Below are positions 21,754 to 34,114 of a stretch of DNA of 64,000 nt, piece after piece. Under the pieces are notes generated by a model. That model did not search any database. It was not told the origin of the DNA and was given only the letters and a program-made list of their open reading frames with translations. How positions within the stretch are numbered: position 1 is the first letter of the stretch; each line of letters opens with the position of its first letter. The position numbers were made by a program, and so were the translations under genes. Where the stretch lies: contig MCFE01000455.1 in the NCBI GenBank assembly GCA_002104905.1, positions 8,575 through 72,574 of the forward strand, read 5' to 3'. The stretch comes from Basidiobolus meristosporus CBS 931.73. Lineage: Eukaryota > Fungi > Basidiobolomycota.

Positions 21754-24700
21754 TCTTGAAATATTGGACTATTTGCTATCATTCAGTACCTATAAATTTA
21801 CCTGACAATTCTAGACTAGTCTTGATCACTGTGGGACTATTTACAGCGCAACTTGGTCAGTTTCTTCACACGTGTTACTCTGTAATTATTCCCCTATAGT
21901 TAAGATCAAATCAGCACATTTTACCAAGCCTTATGTACTAACCTTGAAACTGTTATAGAGTGCTCCTGAATGTTAAAAAACCCTACTGACTTGGTCTTAC
22001 AGCTGTATTTCATCCATGAAGGTATAAACACTGTTCCTTTTAATGAATAAGCAACAGTTGAACTAATACCACTATTTCTTGATAAGTTCTGTATATCCAA
22101 ATTACTTCATGAAATGCTAGAGGTTCTTATCCCTGATTGCCTTAACCTATTCTAAAGATGACTTCTACCAGCATACAGAGTTGTACAAACATCTTCCCTG
22201 CAAAGGAGAGATTTGCGGAAAGAACTACAGACTGTGGAGAATCAAGATGTGGATCCACCTTGAGGGAAAGAAAGCTTTGGAATAGAGTAACAGGAAAAGA
22301 AGTTGAGCCCCAAGACACAGCAGAAGAAGGGGAGGAGTTTCAAGAGAAGGAGAGAGAGGCCTTTACTGCTGCCTGTATCAATATGCAAGATTCCTTCATT
22401 GGACAAATCCATGCTTCAAATACTGCCAAAGCAGCATGGAACTCCTTGGAGAATATCTTTAGAGCAAAGTCAGTATCAGGCAAGCTTTATTCAAAAGTAA
22501 AGCTGTTCAACATGTGGCAGAATCCAGATGATGACATGCTACAACTCATCACTACAATGGAGACACTTGCAGAAGAACTGTGTAGTACTAATGCTTGTGT
22601 AGATGATGAAGAAAAGATACTCTGTCTGCATTGCAGCCCACCAGATGAGCATGAGCCAATCTTACTTTCTTTTGAAAGCAGAGAAGATAATTTGACTGTA
22701 GACTAAGTGAATGGAAGACTTCTCCATGATAAACTCAGACATAATGATCAAACAGAGAAAATAATAGAGAATTCTTTATTCAGCTCCAAAAGGCACACAT
22801 AAGTGACTGGAAAGCAACAAAACCAAAGAAACCCAGGTTGCTGTAGCTACTGTAAGAAGCCAGGACACTAGGCAAGAGAATGCAAGAGGAAATAAGCAGA
22901 CAAAAACAGAAACTGGAGCAGGAAAACCATATAACTATTGTTAAACAGTTATTTGTAACTCCACTAGGGAGTGCAAGTAACCAAAGTGATGAATGGTGTA
23001 TTGACTCTGGAGCTTCACAGCATATTTGAAGTACAAAGGAGTGGTTCAGCAACTTAAAGACTATTTCCATCAGTGAGGTTTCTCTGGGAGACAACTCTAC
23101 ACTGGAAGCTACCACCAGTGGGTCTCTACTACTAAATATGAGTGATATCTCTAGGGCTACAGCAGCAAAACTGACTGATGTACTCTACGCACCTGGAATA
23201 GCTAAGAGTCTATTCTCAGTCAGTAGTGCAACTGCTGAGGGACTGAAATTTATCTTTACCCAGCTGAGCTGATCAATAATGAGTGAAAATGGACAAAAAT
23301 ATGCTTTGGGAAACAGATATCACCATATATACCAGTTAAAAAGCAAGATTGTAGTACCTGAGTATGCCATCATTGCTAAAACAGATGACACTAACTGGCA
23401 GACATGGTAAAGGAGGCAAGGACACATGGGGAAAAAGAAAGTGAGCCAATTGGTGAAAAATGAGTTTGTTCTAGGCCTGAATTACTCAATTCCAATCAAA
23501 TTGAGTGTCTGTAGGGGATGGTCATACGGCAAACAAGCTAGGCAATGTCTCAGGAGCTCAGGAGGCATCAACACCACCAAAATAGTGGCTATTGTACACT
23601 TAGACATATGTGGGCCCATGACAACACCGTCCCTTGGAGCCAAAAGATTCTTCATGACATTTATTGAGGACAAGACAAGATAAACATGGGTATACTTCCT
23701 GAACTCAAAAGTTGAGGCCTTGGAGACGCTTAAATACTTCAAGAACATGGCAGAAATACAAACTGGGTGTAAGTTGAAGATACTTCAAAGCGACAATTGA
23801 GGGGTATACCACATAAAGGAGTTTGCAAAATACTGTTCATCTACTGTTATGCTTCAACAGACCACTGTTCCACATACTCCACAGCAAAATGGAATAGCAT
23901 AACAAGCAAATAGAGCAATATAGAGACGGGATGATCTTACTCAAAGCTGGAACCAAAGAGTAGAAAGGGCTCTTTCTTGGATATTGTGATGGCAATATAG
24001 GGTATAGAGAAACATTTGCTGTGGTTGCCAAATTTAACTCCATTAGGACAGTTCTAGCCCTAGCAGCTGTACACAGTCAAGATCTACACCAAATGGACGT
24101 CAAACAGACTTTCTATATTGGGATTTGCAAGATACTATAAATATGAAGCAACCAGAAGGTTTCACTGATCCAAAAGGCCCCCATACAGTGTGCAGACCCA
24201 GGAAATCATTTTATGGGCTTAAGCAGGCACCTATAGCAAGGTATCAAAAGATAGACACATATCTAGAGGAGATTTGGCTCATTTGTAGCACTATAGATCA
24301 AAGTGTTTATGTGAAACAGCTCAAAAAAGGTGTGCTCATCCTAGTTCTGTATGTAGACAACCTAATAATAGCAACAAGTGACCAGGAGGCACTTAAACAG
24401 ATAAAACTAGATCTCTTCAGCAAGTTTGAGATAACAGATCTTGGAAAATTGACCTATTTCCTTGAAATTGTAGTGAGTTCTGAAGTACCTACCCAGACAA
24501 TTGCTCACAGTCAGTCTAAGTACATCCTATATATTCTTAGATGTACAAAATGGAAATTACAAGCCTGCAGCTGCCCTGATGGATTATAATCTAAAATTGA
24601 GCAAATCTCAGCCAGTTTTAGGTGAAAGTGGCTATAATATGGGCCAAAACCTTTCTTTCAATCAATGATTAGTGGCCTGATGTACTTGACGGTGTCTACA

Positions 24701-25450
24701 TGACCTGGTATTGCAATGAAATAGTCAGTCAATTCAAGCAGAACTATGGCTCTGATCAAATTACAGCAGTTCAATGGATTTTCAGCTATCTACAATGTAC
24801 CATAAATATGGTTGAAAAATACTCTGTAGCAGCTAATAGGCAAATGCTTGATGGTTATAGTGATTCATATTCGGGTAGATATCTGATTGACAGACACTTT
24901 ACCACTGTGTATGCATTTCTTTATGCTGGTGAAGCTATTACTTGCATTTGCAAAAAACAACTAACTGTGGCCCTATCTACAACTGAAGCTGAATATATGA
25001 TTGCTTGCCAAGCAACTAAGCAGGCTATATTGCTATGTAAGTTATTCAAGGACTAGGGCTGTAATTCAAATGAACCAACTTGTATTTACAAAGATAATCA
25101 AAGTTGTATTTCATTAGCCAGGAATCCTACCAATTACACCAAAACTAAGCACATAAATATAAAACACCATTTTGAGAGGGAAGCTGTATGAAATAACTTA
25201 GTAGAGCTAGTTTACTGTCCAACTGACTAGATGATAGCAGATATATTGACAAAACCACTGGCTAGACCACCATTTGAGAGCCTCAGAGAGGAATTAGGAT
25301 TGAAGAATTGTTTAGTTGAGGGGGAGTGTTGAAATATTGGACTATTTGGTATCATTGAGCAGCTAAGTTTACGTAACAATTCTAGACTAGTCTTGATCAC
25401 TGTAGGACTAATTTGCGGCCCCAACTTTACCAATTTCCTCAGATATATGA
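21754..25450 (+). mobile_element. Copia family 2, heavily degenerate
   Basis: LTR start TGTTGAAATATTGGAC at 25327 after PPT TTGAGGGGGAG, matched at ~21754. Gag (LWNRVTG, AKAAWNSL), CSYCKKPGH knuckle, WCIDSGASQH, VHLDICGPM, RT (KSFYGLKQA, LVLYVDNL), RNase H (VALSTTEAEY). Many stops and an IN/RT deletion near 23960. Confidence 0.88.
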
Positions 25451-26479
25451 TCCTATGATGCTTCTCTGTCTTATTCTTCTTACATTTATCACTGCCAAGT
25501 CTTTCACTGCTGCTTTGACTGAGAGCTTCTAGTATTGTACTGTGCCTAATAAATGCTACACTGGAACTTCTGTTTTGGCATAGTAGGTCCTTACTAGATT
25601 TATCCAGGCCGCCTGCCTTTTCTCTGCCACATCGTTGGAGCCCTGCTTGTATTGGGCTCCTGAGCAAGCCATTGGCATTTATCTTTGCTAAGTCCTTTGC
25701 CACCACATTGATCATGTACTTATTGCATTAACCTGGGTTTTTTACTTCAAAAATGCTGCCTTGTATGATATGTTTCTGTTGGCTTGTTCCTGACCAACAC
25801 TCCTTCTGCTGACTTAGATTTCTTTGCTGCTGGTTTGAAGCCTTGAACCTTTCATAAAATAAGCTCTTGAGAGAGTTGCAGGTTTTTATCCATAGTGCCA
25901 TGGTTTCTCTGCCTATAATAGTGTCTGTTACTTGTGAGTTACTATCTTAGCATAAGAATGATGGCCCACAATCCATTGGCTTGCTTGCTTACAGGATTAT
26001 GCTCATGAAACAGATCTGGCGACTGCCACTTGGCCTTGAGTTCCTGATTGTCCCATGTTGTGCTTGCCCTAGGGTAATGCTGCGCTAGATTTCCAATAAT
26101 CACTTATAAATTAGCCCACTCCTCATCAATTCACTCAACAGCTTCAGAAATGTTTGAAGTCCTTTCATTATTGGCCTAGGGTGTCAACATCAAAGTTTTC
26201 ACTGTATTGCTTTGATAGGTTTTTCAGTTGGCTTTGTCTTTGGGCACTGCTGTTGTGCTTCAAGGAGTGAGTGCTGTTTCTCTGCTGTACTTGGAAAAAT
26301 AGCTCATCTTTTGACTGTGACATTGAGTTACTGGAGCTCCCTCCATACAGCACAGACACTGCATCATCTACCTAGAATATTAATTGCTCTATATACATTG
26401 TGCACTCTTCCAGACTCTGTACTAATCCTGGATTACTTTGGACCATCTGATCTAACCCATCAGCCACTGCACCTTCTTG

Positions 26480-26849
26480 TGTTATGATCTACTGCCTGAA
26501 TGTTCAGTTCAGATCAGTGTTTAGTCAAATCAGTTAGTTATATGTTTAGCCTATCAGTATATCAGTGTTATCTATCAAATCAATAGCATTAGTCAGCAGA
26601 TGAATCAGCAGTTCCTTATCAGACAGGTATAGATATATCAAGTAAGATCTTATTGGGTAAAGATGATGCAATCAAATGAGTCATCAGCCACAACCTACAT
26701 TAGGAAATACATTTAGCCAGCAATTGATCTGGCAAAAATGTAAATGAGGAGCTGCTCAAGCATCAATATAAATCAGTTCAAGTTTTAGTGAATACAATAC
26801 TAGCTAAACTCCCCACTCCTCTACAGCTCTTATACCAAGACTTGTGATA
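26480..26849 (+). mobile_element. Solo LTR of gypsy family 1
   Basis: Reverse complement of the 13708-14075 LTR over its full length, with near-TSD CTTG/GTTG. The host CACTA sequence rejoins across it. Confidence 0.85.
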
Positions 26850-27148
26850 GTTGACGCATTAATGCATTGGCATAAGCTGGCAACATCCTTCCTAATACAG
26901 GTGGTGGTGATGTTGTGACAGCCATTTTCAGGTCTTCTATCAGAGGTACTCCCTTTGCAATATTTTTATCTGGCTGAGCATAATGTTCAGTAAGCATCTC
27001 TGCAATGATTCTCATTACCTTACATGACTGAGAGCCTAAGGAGTCTGTAGTATTCACTTCAGTGGGCACACTGTCAACATGGCCTTTTTTGGATGTAGCC
27101 CTGCTTGTTAGATTTCAGAGGCTCTACAATTGACATGCAGCTGAATGC

Positions 27149-27569
27149 TGTTGAATAATTGGACTGTTTGGCATTGTTCAGCAGCTAAAAACTTACTAAA
27201 CAATTCTGGAATAATATTGGCCACTGAAGGACTAGCTTACAGCCCTAACTTTGCCACTTTCTTCAGATCTATGATGTTATGATTATTCCCTATAGACATA
27301 ATCAAGTTAGCACTTTTTTGTACATTATGTACTGGCCCTGAAATGTTTATAAAACTCTCCTGAATGTTGAGAAACTCTCCATACTTAATATTATAGTTTT
27401 ATTACATCTACAAAGATATAAGTACTGAGCTTCATTATGATTAAATAACAGTTCATTTATTCTCACTAATCCTTTATAAGTTCTTTATAATGAAATCACT
27501 TCTTAAATTGCAATAAACACACTGTTCTCTATTGATACTGCATCTATTCTGACTTTATCTTGCTTGGCA
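27149..27569 (+). mobile_element. Solo LTR of copia family 2
   Basis: TGTTGAATAATTGGAC start and colinear similarity with 21754-22170. A further fragment lies at ~20240-20560. TSD not resolved. Confidence 0.65.
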
Positions 27570-28809
27570 TGTGGAGAATACTAGACTTTACTACACCTTT
27601 TTGGAGTTTCCTATGCAGCAAATGTGTGGCAAAATTGGTAGACAAGTCATGTTGCAAGTACTACCATATCTCAATCTCATCAAGATCATTATCATCAAGT
27701 CTGTCATGGATGTAAAGAGATGGCACATGGAGGATAACCTGAAAAAGCTAAATGATACTGATATCAGATGTGGAAATAGAAACACCTATGTCATTGGCAT
27801 GGAGAAGCTAAGCAGCCCCAATGTGTGTAAAATCAGGTAAGTAATACAAAGATATGTTGGACACAACATGCAACTAAACTTTATGACGACAACTCTACTA
27901 AGACATGTTGGATCTCTCTTGTGTACAAGCCTGTTATTACACTATTCAATATGGAATTCATACAGACAAGAACCAGAGCATATCTATAATAGGGACTAGA
28001 TTTCAACAGGGAGAGGGATTATATTGCTTTAGCACCAAAAGTAATATGACATAATCAGGAGCTGAACCGGATCAGATTTGCTGTGAGGAACAAAGTATTT
28101 GTCATAAGGGTCCTTGTAATGCTTTGTATGCTGTTGCATGCTTTATGACTAAAAGGCTTGTTCCAGTTGCCACATGATCTTTTTTCTTCTCCTACAGTAT
28201 TGAGTCAAAGTAGTTTTGTGAACAGAGCAAATAGCTTAGCATTCAGCAATGTAACAATTTGTATCACTATGTGTCAACACTTATGTGGGTTAGAGACAGT
28301 CATGTATTTGGGACATTGCACCTCATGACTATAGGCTTTAATGATGATACATAATAACAAGCTTTATATGTACAGTTGTGGCACTTCATAGACACAAATA
28401 TATAATAGTATTTCCCCTTTGGTCTAACACACTCCCATTATTATGCCATCAAAACATAAAGTAAAGTTGTCTGGTTCCAATCATACACCACAGCTGGCAA
28501 CTGTAGCAGAGCAACTGGACAACAGCTTGCCATGATATTCAGTGTGACAATCAGGGCTACATCAAAAAAAACTATGTTAAAAGTATAATAACTAAAGGAA
28601 ATATTGCAGACTCCTCATGCTTTCAGTAAAGTTAGCCTTTGGAATTTGCTACAAAGTCACAAGCCTCCTTAATGCTCTGGCAGATACAATTGCAGCATAT
28701 GCAGTACCTCCAGTAGACAACCAGCAGATAACTATCATTACATCATAACCACTAGTATTGGCAGCTATACAAAGAATTTATAGGATAGATGGTGCCATCT
28801 ATTTTTTGA

Positions 28810-29102
28810 CAAATTAGAAGTCTCAGGAGCTCAGATCAGAGTATTATGGGTATTGAGTACTAAATGCATCCTTTCAGTCCTACTGTGCTCTTACAAATGA
28901 TGCACAATGTTGGTCCCAAAAACAAGGTCAGTAAATACATTTTTCCATCTTGATGAGTGAAATACATGGGCTGCATTATGCAAAGGGATGTAACTATGTT
29001 TCACACTGTGTGGCCAAGTGTAAGTCTTGTTGGCCTCTCCAGCACACTGTACATCAATTTGGCACTCATGGGCTGATGCAGCACTATCCAATGGAACATA
29101 TC
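28810..29102. mobile_element. Arm of the Pangu fold-back MITE
   Basis: Matches 37260-37553 and ends GGCACTCATGG...GCACTATCCAATGGAACATATCT. Confidence 0.7.
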
Positions 29103-29481
29103 TAAATCCCTGAATCCCAAACATTCCACAGCAACATCATCCATTGCGCCTACATATGCTGGTGTATCTTGTTGATAGCCAGAGTATCTCTAATGCAATT
29201 GATAATATGCACTTTCACATGACAGTTGTATACTAATATCTCACAGAGAAGGATATAAAACTCACCAATTGTAACAACTCTTGATATAAGATTTGTAGAG
29301 GAATAAGGAGTTTGGCTTGTATTGTATTTACTCAAACTTGAGCTGATATTTATTGAGGTTCCAGCTGCTCCTTATGTACAGTTTGCCAGACCAGTTTCTG
29401 ACAAATTATATTTTCTAAAATAGGGTGTGGCGGATGACTCATTTGATTGCATGATCATCACCCAATTAGTTTCTAAAAAAT

Positions 29482-29973
29482 AGACTTGTTCCATGGATAT
29501 AGCCACATTGAACCATGAGTGATAAATGATGCCATAGTGTGCTAGAGAGGCCAAGTGAACCTATACTTGGCCACAGAGTATGAAACATAGTACTTCATCT
29601 TCATGCAAAGCAGCCTTTGTGTTTCACCCATTGTGCAGGAGAAAATCTATTTTTTGACCTTTTTTGGGGATCAATGCTGTGCAGGATGTGTAAGAGCACA
29701 GAAGGATTGGAGATATCTATGGTACTCAATACCCATGGCACTCTGAATCTAGCTCCTGCTGCTTGTAACATTTCACAAAAAAGCATGGTACTATCTTGGT
29801 CCACTGGTACTATCTGGCACTATAAGTGCTTTGTATGGGTCTCAATTTAAGGCAAATATTTGAGTATGCTTTGTACTCTGTGGCCAAGTCTAGGCTTGCT
29901 TTACTTCTCTGGCACACAATGGCACTATTTGGCACTCATGGCTCTATGTGGTACTATCCAACAGAACAAGTCC
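29482..29973. mobile_element. 492-bp Pangu-family MITE inserted in a gypsy LTR
   Basis: AGACTTGTTCC ... AGAACAAGTCC ends and a perfect AAT/AAT TSD. Removing it restores a ~366-bp LTR. Confidence 0.88.
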
Positions 29974-32142
29974 AATTTATCCATTCCTGTTCAATAAGGT
30001 TCTGCTGATTCATTGGCAGACTGACATTACTGATTTGATAGATAGCACTGATATAGTGATAAGCAAATGTACAACTCAATGATTTGACTAAAAATGATTT
30101 AACTTAAACTTGTAGCAGTAGATCTTAACTTTCTCCCCTATTAAAGTTGAGAGGATTCAACTGAATCTCTTTGCTTGCAATACCAGTATCTTGATGGTTC
30201 AGTACTGTCAGCAAGTCTTGCAAGCTTGAGTCAGTCTCTATGATCTGAATCTTCCTGGATGTCACATTGTTTGTCCACTAGTTGGTAAGTTGCATATAGA
30301 AATTGTCTTACAATCATGAAAGGTTCCATTCATTGTGGCTCAAACTTCTTCCAGTGTTGTTTCTCAGCAATACAAAGTTCCCAAATGTCAATTCTTCTGG
30401 TGATATACTCTTATCAGATTTCTGCTTCATCTTTTCTACACTTGGAGATACATGGCCTGTGCCTCTTGACATCTTTGTTCCAGCTGCTAGTGACTACTTG
30501 GCTGACTGATTTAATCTTCTAAGGCATCTGTAATCTTTGGTTGTGCAAGATCTCCTGGGATCCTTGGTTCACATCCATACACTAAGTAAAATGGCAATTG
30601 TTTGGTGGCATTGTACACTCTAACTCTGAAGGCAAAAAGTGCTTGGGCTATATACTCATTTCATCTACTGATATCCCCATTTGCATACTGCTCAGATTTT
30701 TTCCAAATAATCCATTAACCTACTCAGTGATTCCATTAGTTTCAGAGTGCTATGCCAAGGTTTTAAAGTGTTTGATCTGCTGCTGTTCCAGGTAAGCTGT
30801 CTTTGCCATAAAGTTTGCCCCTCTATCAGAGAGAATCTCTACAGGGCATCCAAGCTTCATAAGGATCTCTTGGAAGATAAAACTTGCAACTACCTGTTCA
30901 CTGCCTGCATGTACATCTTTAGCCACTGGTCATTAAGTGGCATGGACAATTGCTGCTAGGATCCTGGTGGTTTGCAGACTTTCAAGAAAGTCAATTCCCC
31001 ATCTCTCAAATGATCTTGCAGGCTCCAGGGGAAAGAGTTCAGCAATTCACTGGGCCACCAGGCTATAGGCTCCTTCAATTCCAGGATGCCCATATCCATT
31101 ATCTGGCTTGTGTATTAAGTACAAGCAAGTAACAAAAGGGCCATAGGCAATAGGGCTTCTGTCAACAATTTGGTAGAGTGTTTCATTCTATATTGAAATT
31201 TGCTGGCTTCATCCAGACTATCTTCTTGATCTCTTTATCCATCTAATAAGGAATGAATAGGTCCTTCAAGTACTTTGGAAATAAGCTTGGTCAATCTAAT
31301 TAATGCACCAAGTTGAGTTGTGCAACTTGCTCTGGTCTTGATAAGGCATCAGCAACTGTGTTGTTTTTCCCAGGGCACTAGACAATCTCAAAGTCAAATT
31401 GCTGAGTGTATTCACCGCATCTTTTCATTCTTCTGGATATTACTTTCTGAGTAAATACACCTGAGTAAGGCATGATCAGTCTTTACAGTAAACATGACTC
31501 CTCCAATGTAGCATCTCTAGTTCTTCAACCAGTTTTTTTGGCAAGCATTGCTTTCTCATGCACTGGATAGTATTATACTGCTGAGTTCAGTTTCTTAGAC
31601 TCAAAAGCAACCAGGTAGTCCTTTACCTCATGTTCTTGGATCAGTACTCCACCAATTGCATATTTTGAAGCATCTGTGCACAAAGCTAACCCATTTCTAA
31701 AGTCTGGGAATCTCAAGCTTTGCAATTAGTAAGTTCATTCTGGAGTATCTCAAAGGCAATCTCACAGGCTTTGTTGCACTTCAATGTGTTGTCTTTCTTG
31801 AAGATATCAGCTTAAGGGGCTGCAATACTTGCAAAGGACTTGACAAAATTTCAATAATAGGAAACCACCCTAAAGAATAATGAGAGTTCTGATATTCTAT
31901 GGGGCAGCTTCAGATTCTTGATGACTTCAAACCTCTGGCGGTCTAAGGTCACTGCTGTGTTAGTCACTGTGTGTCCCAGGCACTCAATATATTCCTTTAA
32001 GATTTTGCACTCTGCTAGCTTGCCATACAGCTTGTTCTCTGCTAGCTACTTCAAGACCTTTTCAATGTTCACCAAGTGTTCCTCTTCTGTCTTGCTGTAT
32101 ATCAGTATGTTGTCTAGGTAGATAACCATAAGCATCTCTAAG

Positions 32143-32489
32143 TGTTTTACAAGTCTTGGAGATATTGGAGTGGATTGGGAGAACAATTAGATTGTATGGT
32201 TTCATTTAATGATTTATGGAATTTAAAAGTAGTATTTATACTTTTACATGGTCTTGACATAACATAAATATAGAATAAGCTTAGGAAGGTCCTAAGAACA
32301 TGTGTGCAGAGTTTGGGACTGTTTGGACAACTGTGAGAATTTTCATGTTCTGGGTACCTGGTATTTTGGTGAAAATATTCTTAGTAAATCCCAACAAGGA
32401 ATTTGGTTAGTACTCTCTAGGATTTGATTGTTGTGATCTAAGTGGCCAATATGGGTTAATATTCAGGTGGAATTACATATTTTACAACA
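32143..32489 (-). mobile_element. Solo LTR of copia family 1 inside gypsy RT
   Basis: 347 bp, TG...CA, perfect 5-bp TSD CTAAG. Confidence 0.92.
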
Positions 32490-33599
32490 CTAAGTACTCT
32501 TAGAACATGCTTTGCATCAAGGTTATGAATGTTGCAGCAGCATTGGCAAGGCCAAAACTCATGACTAACTACTCCTAATGTTCATATCTAGTCCTGAATG
32601 CTTTCTTAGGGATGTCTTCCGGCTTCATCCTAATCTAGTTGTATCCTGACTAAGTTAATCCAGTAGGTCATCAATCCAAGGTATGGGGTGTTATTCTTGA
32701 CAGTAACTGAGTTGAGGACTCCAAAGTCAATGCACATCCTAAGTGTTTCATCCTTCTTTTTTACAAAAAGCACTGGTGCTCCCCAAGGTGACTTACTGAT
32801 TGGATGTCTATCTCCCATGTCAATGACATGATCCATATCTCTGACTGGTGGCAGGCTTACAATTTCATCTGAAACACGTCTGAATATTCTGTCAAAAGAG
32901 TCTGGAACTTCTGGGGTGCCGGAGTAGAGGAATCCTCCTGTAATACTGCCATGAGGAACATCTGGGAACCATTTCTGAGTGCTCTCCAGAACCATGCCTT
33001 GCTAAGTTCACTGGTTTCACACACACTGAATTTGACCAAGTTGAAATCCAGTCTGGCTGGTAATAGCTCATAGGTCTTGCTGTCCTTCTGGATCTGAGTA
33101 GCAAGAGTTCTCCAGCTGTTTGATGGATTACAACAAGATAGCCAAATTTTTCAAATACAAGGTCAAACTTGCAGTTCCCAGGTATACAGGCATGTAGGCC
33201 TTCTTCATAGTCATTCATCTTCATTCTTACTGGTTAGGTAATATGGTTGATTATGTTAGAGTTCCCACCAGCTGTTGAGACTGAAGTTGATCTGGTGGTT
33301 TCTTAGTTGATTCCAGCATTCAAGGCAAATTACGCTGCTTAGTACTTATGTGATACTTCTGAGTTAATCATGAACTTGGCAGGTACTTCATTGATTACTT
33401 TATTCAAATATAATAACTTTCCTGAGTTTGAGGTCATTTGGGATAGGTATTCTGCTGTCATATGGAAGGTCACTTCTAGTCTTCTTCAAGTTCATTTTCT
33501 ATGTTACCATACTCAACGGCCTCATTATGGTAAAAGGTTCTTGTCAACTCATGTCCATTTCTTCTCTGAGGGCAGTACCTTGCAATATATCAGAAATTT

Positions 33600-34110
33600 G
33601 TGAGTAAGCAACCAAAGAGGGGCAATTTTATGGTTAAATATGAATGGTACAAGAACAGATAGGAAAAGAAAATACCATTTGGTTGACTGGTACAGTAGAA
33701 TTATACAGAACTAGCTGTAGGTTGCGGCACTGCCATCATAATACAAACAGAGGTTGACAAAGTGGCTGTCAGAGCACAATCAATTCCTTGCCATAATTGG
33801 CAACTCAACCTATTGGATATTTTGGTATGATCAGGTAAATGTAGTGTGCATCAAAACCATCAAATAGCCAGGCAATTCCTGTTGAATCATCAATTTTGTA
33901 CTTTCAAGTATTAGCTTTGTTTGGCTGTAGAACTAGCAAAATGCTGTCACAATCCTGCCAGATGATTGTGTAGAGGATGTATCAATTTTGAGGTGCAGTT
34001 TTTCTCACAGTTATTGCATAGTGTCCTGTTAACATGTTTATTACTGAGTCATGGGATTCAAGCCTAGTAATGGCATTTTGACAGGATCACAATCATTATT
34101 TCTTGTAGGG
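33600..34110. mobile_element. Inverted CACTA left-terminal fragment
   Basis: Reverse complement of ~7080-7440, then a terminus ending ATTATTTCTTGTAGGG (CCCTACAAGAAATAAT). Confidence 0.72.
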
Positions 34111-34114
34111 TAAT

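Larger units (their letters stand above)
25450..28760. mobile_element. Mosaic of decayed CACTA fragments (inverted ORF2 25450-27140; transposase 3' part 27570-28080; ORF2 upstream region 28100-28760)
   Basis: Sequence similarity to 7440-8130 and 10050-11740, e.g. ORF 27571-27840 (EFPMQQMCGKIGRQV). Interrupted by two solo LTRs. Confidence 0.7.
29270..33590 (-). mobile_element. Older degenerate copy of gypsy family 1 (3' LTR 29270-30130, IN, RH, RT, PR), 5'-truncated
   Basis: Colinear with 13708-17100. Carries a MITE in its LTR and a copia solo LTR in RT, and retains the RNase H segment missing from the younger copy. Confidence 0.88.
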